From Gammaproteobacteria bacterium (GTDB taxonomy: Bacteria; Pseudomonadota; Gammaproteobacteria; Steroidobacterales; SZUA-146), in NCBI GenBank assembly GCA_013002925.1, contig JABDLQ010000184.1, positions 1 through 43,889 on the forward strand: a stretch of 43,889 bases of DNA, read 5' to 3'. Position 1 is the first letter of the stretch. The number at the start of each line of letters is the position of its first letter. The notes under the pieces were generated by a model, which saw only the letters and a program-made list of their open reading frames with translations, ran no database searches and had not been told where the DNA came from. The translations under genes were made by a program, and so were the position numbers. This document shows positions 8,590-17,642 of the stretch, in pieces.

Positions 8590-9474
8590 TTACAACAGGG
8601 CAATCAGGCTGCTGGTATCCCAGCGGCCATGACCCCGCTGCTGCAACGCCTCGTAGAAACTGTCAACAATCGAGGTAACAGGCAAAGAAACGCCCCGGTT
8701 GCGTGCCTCTTCCAGGGCAATTCCCAGATCCTTGCGCATCCAGTCGACGGCAAAGCCGAATTCAAACTCGCCTTTTACCATCGACGCAAACCGGTTTTCC
8801 ATTTGCCACGATTGCGCGGCACCCTGTGAAATGGCTTTGATTACTTTGTCGACATCCAGTTCGGCCGCCTGTGCGAACTTGAGCCCCTCGGCAAGGGCCT
8901 GGACAAGACCTGCGATACAGATCTGGTTAACCATTTTTGCCTTTTGACCATCTCCGGTCGGGCCGATTAACTCGAACGCCTTTGCATAGCTGGCGATGAC
9001 AGGACGCAGGCGGGCAAAATCGGACTTTGAACCACCCAGCATGACGGTCAATTGGCCATTACGTGCTCCGACCTCACCGCCGGACACCGGTGCATCCATA
9101 AAGTGAATTCCACGCGCCGCCGCGGCCCTCGCAAGCTCCTGTGCCAGGGCCGCTGACGTGGTCGTATGATCCACGAACAGACTACCGTTTTGCATGCGAG
9201 CAAAGGCACCGTGCTCGTGCACGGTAACGCTCCTGACATCGTTATCGTTGCCGACACAGGCAAATACAACATCCGCATCGGCAGCAGCCTGTGCTGGTGA
9301 GTCCGCAGGCTCTCCACCATACTCATCGCACCAGGCTCGCGCTTTTTCCTGCGTGCGATTATAGACGCAAACCTCATAGCCAGCTGTCGCCAGGTGTCCG
9401 GCCATCGGATAACCCATGACCCCCAAACCGATAAACGCAATTTTTTCCTTCTGACAGGAGCGTGATGATGACAT
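8590..9474 (-). CDS. NAD(P)-dependent beta-hydroxyacid dehydrogenase (3-hydroxyisobutyrate dehydrogenase / 2-hydroxy-3-oxopropionate reductase family)
   Basis: 294 aa. The Rossmann motif is KIAFIGLGVMGYPMAGHL, and the C-terminus resembles a 6-phosphogluconate-dehydrogenase-like helical domain. Its start abuts the stop of the upstream ABC ATPase gene (9475). Confidence 0.85.
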   Translation of the reverse strand: MSSSRSCQKEKIAFIGLGVMGYPMAGHLATAGYEVCVYNRTQEKARAWCDEYGGEPADSPAQAAADADVVFACVGNDNDVRSVTVHEHGAFARMQNGSLFVDHTTTSAALAQELARAAAARGIHFMDAPVSGGEVGARNGQLTVMLGGSKSDFARLRPVIASYAKAFELIGPTGDGQKAKMVNQICIAGLVQALAEGLKFAQAAELDVDKVIKAISQGAAQSWQMENRFASMVKGEFEFGFAVDWMRKDLGIALEEARNRGVSLPVTSIVDSFYEALQQRGHGRWDTSSLIALL

Positions 9475-10473
9475 TCAAACGTCCTCTTCGGTATTGGGCA
9501 CAGGAAACAAATGGCAATTCACAAAATGTGGCGCTTCCGTGGAACCCGCATTGACCGTTGGCGGCGGCGTGACCCGGCATACCTCCATAACCCGGGGGCA
9601 CCGCGTGTGAAAGGGGCAACCGCCAGGGGGATCAATTGGTGACGGTACGTCTCCCTGCAACACGATCCGACTGCTCTTGCGCGCAGGATCCGGCACCGGA
9701 ACTGCTGACATTAAGGCCTCGGTATAAGGATGCAAAGGCCGTGCAAACAGACGGCTGGCACTGGTCATTTCAACGATCTTGCCAAGATACATAACGCCAA
9801 CTTCGTCACTGATGTGCTGAACAACCGCCAGGTCATGCGAAATAAACAGAAACGAAATCCCGAATTCCCGCTGCAGCTTACGCAACAGATTAAGCACTTG
9901 CGACTGCACCGAGACATCCAGTGCTGACACCGCTTCATCTGCCACAATAAATTTGGGTTTTAGCGTCAGGGCACGCGCAATTCCGACACGTTGCCGCTGA
10001 CCGCCGGAAAACTCATGCGGATAACGAGTTAAAATGTGCTCGCGCAAACCCACGATCTCGAGTAACTCAAGTAGCCAGTCACGGCGCCTCGCGGGGGTCA
10101 TCATTCGGTGCGTTTCGAGCGGCTCAAGAAGTGTCTGGCCCACTGTGCGCCTGGGGCTTAATGACGCATACGGGTCCTGAAAAATTATCTGCATATCGCG
10201 ACGCCGCTCAAACAGTTCGCGACGCGTTAACTCGGTAATTCGAGTGCCCTCCAGTGCGACCGTACCTGCCGTCGGTTCGAGCAGCCGAATAATTGCGCGA
10301 CCCAAAGTTGATTTGCCACACCCGGACTCACCTACCAGGCCAAGCGTACGGCCCCGGGCAATCGAGAAACTGACGTCATCGACCGCTTTGAGCTGTTTCC
10401 GGGCCCGGCGCAGTAGCCCCCCGCGAACCGGAAAGTATTTGCTTAAGTTTTCAACTTTTAATAACTCGCTCAT
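9475..10473 (-). CDS. ABC transporter ATP-binding protein, Opp/Dpp (peptide/nickel) family, OppF/DppF-like
   Basis: Walker A is GESGCGKST, the signature is FSGGQRQR, and Walker B is FIVADEAVSALD. It has a C-terminal oligopeptide-ABC extension containing a Cys-rich motif. Confidence 0.9.
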   Translation of the reverse strand: MSELLKVENLSKYFPVRGGLLRRARKQLKAVDDVSFSIARGRTLGLVGESGCGKSTLGRAIIRLLEPTAGTVALEGTRITELTRRELFERRRDMQIIFQDPYASLSPRRTVGQTLLEPLETHRMMTPARRRDWLLELLEIVGLREHILTRYPHEFSGGQRQRVGIARALTLKPKFIVADEAVSALDVSVQSQVLNLLRKLQREFGISFLFISHDLAVVQHISDEVGVMYLGKIVEMTSASRLFARPLHPYTEALMSAVPVPDPARKSSRIVLQGDVPSPIDPPGGCPFHTRCPRVMEVCRVTPPPTVNAGSTEAPHFVNCHLFPVPNTEEDV

Positions 10474-11468
10474 GCTTCACCGAGCGGTTTGAAGCATGCC
10501 ACAGCGGCATCGGTCCCGGTGGCTGTGCGCAGCGATGGAATTTGCGCCTGGCAGCGTTGGTCAGCATATTCGCAACGTGTGCTAAAGCGACAGCCCATTG
10601 GTAACGACAGCAAATCCGGCACCATCCCGCGGATCACCGGTAGTTCCTGCAAGCGCTCGCGTCGGATTCGCGGAATCGAGGCCAGCAATCCGGCGGTATA
10701 TGGATGGGATGGCCGTGTAAACAAACCTGATGCGGGAGCTTGTTCGATTACCTGACCACAATACATAACCATCACGTCTTCGCAGGTTTCGGCAACCACG
10801 CCCAGATCGTGCGTTATCAATATCACGGCCATATCAAACTGTTCCTGGAGTAACACCATTTGCTCGATAACCTGCGCCTGGGTAGTTACATCCAGGGCCG
10901 TCGTCGGTTCGTCAGCAACCAGTACGCTCGGATTACACGACAATGCCATTGCTATCATGACACGTTGCCGCATGCCGCCGGACAACTGGTGTGGGTAATC
11001 ACCCATCCGTTTTGCAGGAGCGGGAATCCCGACCACGGCCAGCATCTCCACAGCTTGCGCATGCGCTTGCCTGCGCGTGGCATCGGTGTGGCGGCGTATG
11101 ACTTCGCACAGCTGATTGCCGACCGTAAAAACGGGATTCAAGGCTGTCATCGGCTCCTGGAAAATCATCGAAATATCGCGGCCACGAATATTGCGCATCT
11201 CGCGGTCACCAAGACCCACAATATTCCGGCCATTCAACTCGATGGAACCACTGACAATGCGCCCGGGCGGGGTCGGGACCAGACCAAGCAAAGCCAGGCA
11301 AGTGACCGTTTTGCCGCAGCCGCTTTCACCGACGATACCCAGAGTTTGCCCGGCGTACAGTTCAAAACTTACCCCATCCACCGCGCGCACAACGCCGCGC
11401 TCGGTCTGGAACTCGATCACAAGCTCCTTGACTGTCAATACGGGCTTTTTGCCAACCGGTGCAGTCAT
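10470..11468 (-). CDS. ABC transporter ATP-binding protein, Opp/Dpp family, OppD/DppD-like
   Basis: Walker A is GESGCGKT, the signature is LSGGMRQR, and Walker B is VLVADEPTTALD. It overlaps the downstream ATPase gene by 4 nt. Confidence 0.9.
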   Translation of the reverse strand: MTAPVGKKPVLTVKELVIEFQTERGVVRAVDGVSFELYAGQTLGIVGESGCGKTVTCLALLGLVPTPPGRIVSGSIELNGRNIVGLGDREMRNIRGRDISMIFQEPMTALNPVFTVGNQLCEVIRRHTDATRRQAHAQAVEMLAVVGIPAPAKRMGDYPHQLSGGMRQRVMIAMALSCNPSVLVADEPTTALDVTTQAQVIEQMVLLQEQFDMAVILITHDLGVVAETCEDVMVMYCGQVIEQAPASGLFTRPSHPYTAGLLASIPRIRRERLQELPVIRGMVPDLLSLPMGCRFSTRCEYADQRCQAQIPSLRTATGTDAAVACFKPLGEA

Positions 11469-11474
11469 CTGCAG

Positions 11475-12368
11475 TCAGACCTTTCTCGGGTCCAGCGCAT
11501 CTTGTAACGCGTCGGAAAACATATTAAATGCCATGACCAGCCCAAACATGAACAATGACGCCCAAATAAAATTATTAAAATGTCCGGCCCCCACCTCGTA
11601 GGTTGCTTCAGCAAGCATACGCCCCCAGCTGACACCGTTTTTTACTCCCAAACCCAGGAAACTCAAAATCACTTCAGATTTGATCGCCGCAACGAAAACG
11701 ATAGTGGCCTGGACCAGCAAAATGTGAAAAGTGTTGGGGATAATATGACGAAACACAATTTTGAGTTCTGGCAAACCAATTGCGCGCGCTGCTTCAACAA
11801 ACTCAAATTGTTTGAGCTTGATGACTTCACCGCGCACCAGGCGTCCCGTGGTGGTCCAGAACGTAGCGACCATTGCAACATGCATACCGTAAGCGCTGCC
11901 CTGCATCGCAAACGCCACCGCTGCAACAAACAGGTAAAACGGTATGGAATCAAGCACGCCTTTTAACCACAACACCAGCTCATCGATCCAGCTACCGCTG
12001 TAGTAACCGGCAACTGCGCCCAACACTGCGCCGATCAACGTGGAGAGTATGGCCACGACCAGACCGACTTCAAATGCAGTACGGGTACTGAACACAGTGC
12101 GTGCAAAAATATCCTGCCCGTTGACATTGCTACCAAACCAGAAGTCCGCAGATATCGGATCAAAACGCCCGCCCCGTATTTCGCTCCAGTCATTAGCCCA
12201 CCATCCAAAAACGGTACCCAATGCCATCACGCCATATGCCATTACCAGTGCAAATGCCACCATGCCCATGCGGTCATGTCGAAACTTGTAGAATGCTTTT
12301 GACCATAGTGAATCACGCCCGCGAACTGCAATGGTCGTGTTTTCCGCTGCAACGCTGGCCGAGCTCAT
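11475..12368 (-). CDS. ABC transporter permease, DppC/OppC-like
   Basis: 297 aa and multi-TM. The binding-protein-dependent transport EAA-type loop is FVEAARAIGLPELKIVFRHIIPN. Confidence 0.88.
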   Translation of the reverse strand: MSSASVAAENTTIAVRGRDSLWSKAFYKFRHDRMGMVAFALVMAYGVMALGTVFGWWANDWSEIRGGRFDPISADFWFGSNVNGQDIFARTVFSTRTAFEVGLVVAILSTLIGAVLGAVAGYYSGSWIDELVLWLKGVLDSIPFYLFVAAVAFAMQGSAYGMHVAMVATFWTTTGRLVRGEVIKLKQFEFVEAARAIGLPELKIVFRHIIPNTFHILLVQATIVFVAAIKSEVILSFLGLGVKNGVSWGRMLAEATYEVGAGHFNNFIWASLFMFGLVMAFNMFSDALQDALDPRKV

Positions 12369-13318
12369 TTGAGTGACACCCGCGGATCAACAACCCGATA
12401 AAGAATGTCCGTTATGAGCAACGTCAACACAAACAGCACTGCGGTCAGACCTACCACAGCCTTCAGTATCGGTTGATCACCCTGGGTGATGGCATCGTAA
12501 GTGACTTTACCTACGCCCGGGATACCGAAATAGGTCTCAATGATCAAACTGCCACTGATCACTACCAGTGGGATCGAAAACATGATCCTGGTAATGATAG
12601 GAATCAGACTGTTCTTTAGTACGCTTCTGTAGAGCAGTTGTGCAGGCGGTGTGCCAAACGCCCTGGCTGTACGCACATGATCCCGCCCCATCTCCTCTAC
12701 GATGACCGCCCGGTAGAAACGGGTGTTATATCCGAGTGCGACAAAAATAGTGGCCATGGTCGGGACGGTTACAAAACGCAAATAGTCACTAAGACTGTAA
12801 ACATCCCAACCACGGGAAGGAAACCAGTTGAGTCCGTAACTCGAACAAAATATCAGCTGAAAGGCAATAACAACGATCAAAAAACTGATGCTCATGCCGA
12901 CAACGGAAAACCCCATGATGGCCTTGTCGATCCAACCGCTGCGATGGTAGGCAGCGACAAGTGCCAACACCAGCCCCAATAAGTTTCCAAGGATGAACCC
13001 CGGTGTGATTACTGCCAATGAAATTGGCATCGTGCGTTTTAATATACTGTTGACCCGTTCACCCGATGAGAAGGAATTGCCAAAATCCAGTGTGACAATT
13101 TCCCTCAGATAAGTGACGTAACGCTGTAAAAATGGCTGGTCATATCCTAATTCGGCACGCACCGATTCAATCTGCTCTGCAGTCGGATTTTTGCCTAATA
13201 ATTCATAGGTTTTGTCGGGTCCGTAATACACCATCAGCAGAAAACTGATAAATGTAACACCCAGGATCAGCGGGATTCCGCCAATAATTTTACGCAGTGC
13301 AAACTGTAGTATTTCCAT
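12365..13318 (-). CDS. ABC transporter permease, DppB/OppB-like
   Basis: 317 aa and multi-TM. The EAA-type loop is DHVRTARAFG. It overlaps the next permease gene by 4 nt. Confidence 0.88.
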   Translation of the reverse strand: MEILQFALRKIIGGIPLILGVTFISFLLMVYYGPDKTYELLGKNPTAEQIESVRAELGYDQPFLQRYVTYLREIVTLDFGNSFSSGERVNSILKRTMPISLAVITPGFILGNLLGLVLALVAAYHRSGWIDKAIMGFSVVGMSISFLIVVIAFQLIFCSSYGLNWFPSRGWDVYSLSDYLRFVTVPTMATIFVALGYNTRFYRAVIVEEMGRDHVRTARAFGTPPAQLLYRSVLKNSLIPIITRIMFSIPLVVISGSLIIETYFGIPGVGKVTYDAITQGDQPILKAVVGLTAVLFVLTLLITDILYRVVDPRVSLK

Positions 13319-13339
13319 CAGATACGAAAATCTTGCGAC

Positions 13340-15124
13340 TCAGGTATCGTCAATATCAACGTATGGAAAATAAAAGCCCCCCACAAAGGAACGATCCGGA
13401 TAAGCGATAACGCGCTTGTCCCAAAATATGATAACGGCGCGGCTGAGTCCGGTGATCGTCGCACAATCATTGATCACCAAACGGTTCATTCTGCGATAGA
13501 GGCTGGTGCGCTCCGGTCCCGGCTGCATCACTGCTGCGCGCTCAAACATGGCATCGTATTGAGGATTGCTGTAATTGCCGTCATTGGAGCCAGGCGCGCG
13601 ATTGGGTCCATAAAATAGCTGTAGCGTATTTTCAGCATCCGGATAATCCAACAGCCAGGCTTTGTTGATCAAAGGCAAACGGCTCTGTTTCCACGCCTTG
13701 GAAATATCCCCGAACGTTGCATACTGCTTCACCACAATTTTCTCAGCCGGATACCCGATTTTCGACATGAACCCGCGAAACTGTTCATAGTACTGATTTT
13801 GCAGAACCGACGCCGGGATACCGTAAACTAACTCAGGTAAATTTTCCGGCGTCCAACCGGCATCCGCGAGTAATGCCTTTGCGCCACTGATATCGTGAAT
13901 GACGCTATCTCGCGATAGCTCAGTATCATATTCAGGCATCGCCGGCGTGATAATACCCGGGAATATTTTTCCAACGCCGGAATAGTAGCGCTCGTTGCGC
14001 TCGTTCCAGTTAAAACCCTTGCGAATTGCACAGCGCAATGCATGATTACGCTCATTTCTTTCAGGATCATCGTTATAGCCGAAGTCTGGGTCATCCATGT
14101 TAAACGTCTGGAACACAAATCCGGGTTCAGTCCAATTCACCATGTGATACTTTGCTGCAATTTCAGGCTTCAGTGTGATCGGATTCTTGCTGGACAAATA
14201 CAGATCATAGGTGGGTGACGGTACGCGTGCAGCGTGTAGTTCATCGCCTTTTGTCAGGGATGTCATGCGGGCCGTATCTTCTGCAATAAAATTCACTTCA
14301 ACCCGATCGACAAATGGTGGCGAACGTCCGGCAATGCGTTCAAGTCCGTAAGCCTGATGAATCGCAGGGTCGTACCCTTCCGCAGCAAGATCGACGGGCT
14401 CTTGCCGATAGTTCGGATTTCTAACTAACACAGCCCGGGTGGTGTCAAAACTTTGCACCCTGAATGGTCCCGAGCCAACCGGACGTACTGAAAATTCCCG
14501 ACCGTATTTTTCAACGGCCTCACGCGGTACGACACCGGCAAACCCCATTGTCAGGGTATGCACCAGTTGGGGATAAGGCTTGACCAGTGTTATTTGCAAT
14601 GTGTGGTCATCCAAAGCAGTGAGACCGCTCACCGGTTGCGCGTAATCGGAGCCGGCCTTTTGCCAGTCATCCAGGCCGGCTATTCTTCCCTGCCACACCC
14701 ACGATCCCTGCGACAGACTGGCGGGATCAAAATGACGCTGCAAACTGTATATCACATCCTGCGCAACGACCTCACGCCCCTTGCCGTCAGCAAAACACGG
14801 ATCATCAATAAACCTCACGCCAGACTTTAATTTAAATGTATAAACAAGACCATCATCAGAGACTGTCGGTAACGACTCCGCCAGACGCGGTTTTAGCTCA
14901 AATGGACGCGCCAGATATTTATAGCTGTACAGCGTGTCGTAAGCGTTGACAATGAGATGATTCGAATACACAGTAGCGCCTTGCGCCGGATCGAGATTAG
15001 TCGGTGACTGATCAAGAGCAACTTTATAAACTTTGAGTCCGGTAGTATCCGGTCTCTCACCGTTGCCACAAGCGCATATTGCAACGCTTAAACCTAACAA
15101 CAGCCACAGGCGAAATAGCTTCAT
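13340..15124 (-). CDS. ABC transporter substrate-binding lipoprotein, family 5 (peptide/nickel type)
   Basis: 594 aa. It has a signal peptide with a lipobox-like VAICAC. Length and sequence character fit SBP family 5, and it is the first gene of the transporter operon. Confidence 0.85.
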   Translation of the reverse strand: MKLFRLWLLLGLSVAICACGNGERPDTTGLKVYKVALDQSPTNLDPAQGATVYSNHLIVNAYDTLYSYKYLARPFELKPRLAESLPTVSDDGLVYTFKLKSGVRFIDDPCFADGKGREVVAQDVIYSLQRHFDPASLSQGSWVWQGRIAGLDDWQKAGSDYAQPVSGLTALDDHTLQITLVKPYPQLVHTLTMGFAGVVPREAVEKYGREFSVRPVGSGPFRVQSFDTTRAVLVRNPNYRQEPVDLAAEGYDPAIHQAYGLERIAGRSPPFVDRVEVNFIAEDTARMTSLTKGDELHAARVPSPTYDLYLSSKNPITLKPEIAAKYHMVNWTEPGFVFQTFNMDDPDFGYNDDPERNERNHALRCAIRKGFNWNERNERYYSGVGKIFPGIITPAMPEYDTELSRDSVIHDISGAKALLADAGWTPENLPELVYGIPASVLQNQYYEQFRGFMSKIGYPAEKIVVKQYATFGDISKAWKQSRLPLINKAWLLDYPDAENTLQLFYGPNRAPGSNDGNYSNPQYDAMFERAAVMQPGPERTSLYRRMNRLVINDCATITGLSRAVIIFWDKRVIAYPDRSFVGGFYFPYVDIDDT

Positions 15125-15461
15125 CAGTATTTTCCTTCAATCCAGATTTTGATGGCGCCGACAAATTGCACGGAACCTGATTCAATAACAACCAGGCTTT
15201 GGAATTGTTTTTCTTATCGATCAGGCAGCAAAGGTTAACCCAAGACGCTATATGCAACAACCGGCAATCAACAAAATTTACGCAGCATATACTGGCTGGC
15301 ACGAATAATATTTTGATCATGTTTTTATTTATGAATCATAGCTTTATAAGTCCGAATATCAATACTGTAACAAGCAGACGTGTACCTTTTGTATGTTCAC
15401 GCGGACTTTTAGTGCAAAATCCTGTCATTGGCAGAATCAGCTGTCAGAGCGCGGAATCCGA

Positions 15462-16529
15462 ATGAAAGTACTTGTGGCAACGGCCACCTATCCAACTCCT
15501 GACCGGCCATCGGCCGGCATTTTTGTGCGTAATCAATTTCGGTTTTTTCGGCGTCATGCCACCCCTGACGAAACTTTCAAACTATTCAAGGTTCGTACCA
15601 CAACCCGCCGTAAATCGCGCTCATGGCCACTCGTAATCTGGGCCACGCTCAAATTTATTCCGTATTTTTTTCGGCGCTTCGACATCGTGCATATCCATTT
15701 TCTTTCGCCTCTGGCGCACGCAGCGAGAATCTACAGATTCCTGCACCCCACCACAAAGTTGATACTGACGATCCATGGCAATGATTTGCGCAAAGTGCAA
15801 AACCGCCCGCAACGGGTTAAGACCCGCTACATCAAAACACTCACGTATTTCGATGAAATCATCTTGTCCGGTGAATCATTGTTGCCCACGGTGCAAAAAC
15901 AACTGGGACTGGAACAATGTCGTATTATCTGCGCTGGCGTGGATGATCTACGCTTTCAGGTCGATCCGGATTGCAGAAAAGAATTTGACTTTATATTTGT
16001 CGGTTCATTCACGCGGGATAACGGACTTGACATCCTGATCAGTGCGCTGGAAATGCTTGAAGAGCAAGAAATACGAGCCTGCTTTGTTGGTTCAGGGCCG
16101 TTGAAAAAAGAGCTGCAGCGCGCCGGACATCATTTGAATTTGCAAATATTTGTCGAAGTACCGCAAACCCGTTTGCGACAGCTTTATAACTCTTCACGGT
16201 TTCTGGTTTTTCCGGTCCGCGGTGACAGTTTTGGACTCGTGGTGTCAGAGGCAATTCACTGTGGTGTACCGGCCATCGTCTATAGCGGTAGTGGCGCCAG
16301 TTCCCAGGTTCGCAATAACGAAACCGGGGTCACCTACAAGCCCAATACACCCGAACAACTCAGCCGCGTGTTACTTGCAGCATTTAACATGGCCGACAGC
16401 GACTATCGGGTGCTGAGTGACTGCACACGCCAGGCAAACCTGGAGTACAGCCTAAGTCATACGGGCACCCAACTGTTAAAGTTGTATCGGCAGATTGCTG
16501 CTGAAAAAGAGTTACACCCCGTTAAATAG
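15462..16529 (+). CDS. Glycosyltransferase, GT4 (GT-B fold) family
   Basis: The ORF-track ORF starts at 15393. I prefer the ATG at 15462 (MKVLVATATYP...), which is a typical GT4 N-terminus. The C-terminal half carries an E-x7-E-like region (FGLVVSEAIHCGVPAIV). Confidence 0.78.
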   Translation: MKVLVATATYPTPDRPSAGIFVRNQFRFFRRHATPDETFKLFKVRTTTRRKSRSWPLVIWATLKFIPYFFRRFDIVHIHFLSPLAHAARIYRFLHPTTKLILTIHGNDLRKVQNRPQRVKTRYIKTLTYFDEIILSGESLLPTVQKQLGLEQCRIICAGVDDLRFQVDPDCRKEFDFIFVGSFTRDNGLDILISALEMLEEQEIRACFVGSGPLKKELQRAGHHLNLQIFVEVPQTRLRQLYNSSRFLVFPVRGDSFGLVVSEAIHCGVPAIVYSGSGASSQVRNNETGVTYKPNTPEQLSRVLLAAFNMADSDYRVLSDCTRQANLEYSLSHTGTQLLKLYRQIAAEKELHPVK

Positions 16530-16618
16530 CGCACGGCAAATTATACATTTGTCTGGTTTTTCCACTGCCACCGGAAACCGGCACATTGCATTATGGCTTT
16601 GCGACCTGCCGCAGATTT

Positions 16619-17620
16619 TTAGCGGAAGTTTTCGAGACCCACAAACGTTCCGTCGTTTCGTTCGCACAAAGCGCGCATCAATATTGCAAAGCGAATTCCA
16701 GTTGCCTGCAATTGTGGCGCCTGCGAAAATATTGTCGGAAACCCAATCGCATGAATCCGGACCCGCCGCTTACCATCCGCATCCTTGCGGTTGAGCAAAT
16801 CCACCCGATCAACAACGCTCTGAATCGAGCGACCGGAAAACTCATCGCCAAACACATACAGACTGATTTTTTTATCTGGTGCATAAAAAGCATTGATTGC
16901 TTTGGTAATACCTTCGACGGGGCTACTATTGCTGAACGAATTCCAGGTGCGCATTCGCTCCACGATGGCTTTACGCCGTGCGGGCGTATCCGGAATCCAG
17001 CGATTGGCGTATCGGCTGAACATGTAATTTCCCATGTCGTTCATAATCTGTATGCCCTTGACCTTGGGATGTACATCCAGCGTTTCTTCCATTTTGCGCA
17101 CGGCCAGATTCCATGCGTAGTTGTACATGCTGCCAGAAGTATCAATGATAAATATGATGTATTCGGAATCGACCGGAATACCAGCGACCAGTTGATTGTT
17201 GACCGATTTTGACACCTCGCTGACCTTGAGACGCTGCATTTCTTCCGTGAGATCCTGCCGGGCACTCGCCAGTTTACCGGCAATGATATTGGCAACAGAT
17301 GAATCAGCGGTAGAAGCTTTATATTCGCCGCTTATACTGGACACATCGCCTTGCAGGCGCGCCAACCGCCGCTGCTCGCGTGAAAGTTGCTGTTGCTTTT
17401 CATCGAGCTCACGATTCAGCACTTTGACTTCACCGCGAATTTCAAAAAGCTGCTGCTGCAGGTCTCTGACCTTGCCCTGATAATCGACGGTTGCCTCTTC
17501 GAGCACGATTGGTTCGGTGATTTTAACAATCACCAGCAATAAAATTATGGCTCCAAAACCGCAGGCTATCGTGTCGAGAAAGCTGAGACTTATACCTTCG
17601 ATTTCGCGTCGGTTTTTCAT
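16619..17620 (-). CDS. ExbD/TolR-like TM helix + coiled coil + vWA-domain protein (paralog 2)
   Basis: The ORF-track ORF is 16619-17680. I prefer the ATG at 17620 (MKNRREIEGISLSFLDTIACGFGAIILLLVI), which parallels the N-terminus of the upstream paralog. About 110 aa of coiled coil follows. The vWA MIDAS motif is DTSGS (IFIIDTSGSM), with a later GDE. Confidence 0.8.
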   Translation of the reverse strand: MKNRREIEGISLSFLDTIACGFGAIILLLVIVKITEPIVLEEATVDYQGKVRDLQQQLFEIRGEVKVLNRELDEKQQQLSREQRRLARLQGDVSSISGEYKASTADSSVANIIAGKLASARQDLTEEMQRLKVSEVSKSVNNQLVAGIPVDSEYIIFIIDTSGSMYNYAWNLAVRKMEETLDVHPKVKGIQIMNDMGNYMFSRYANRWIPDTPARRKAIVERMRTWNSFSNSSPVEGITKAINAFYAPDKKISLYVFGDEFSGRSIQSVVDRVDLLNRKDADGKRRVRIHAIGFPTIFSQAPQLQATGIRFAILMRALCERNDGTFVGLENFR

Positions 17621-17642
17621 AATTTGTTCACCACCACGCCGG

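Noticed and set aside
15297-15311. TGGCAC motif upstream of the glycosyltransferase gene, as a possible sigma-54 -24 element
   Set aside because: The required -12 GC (TTGC) is absent at the correct spacing; the sequence reads TGGCAC-GAATA-ATAT.
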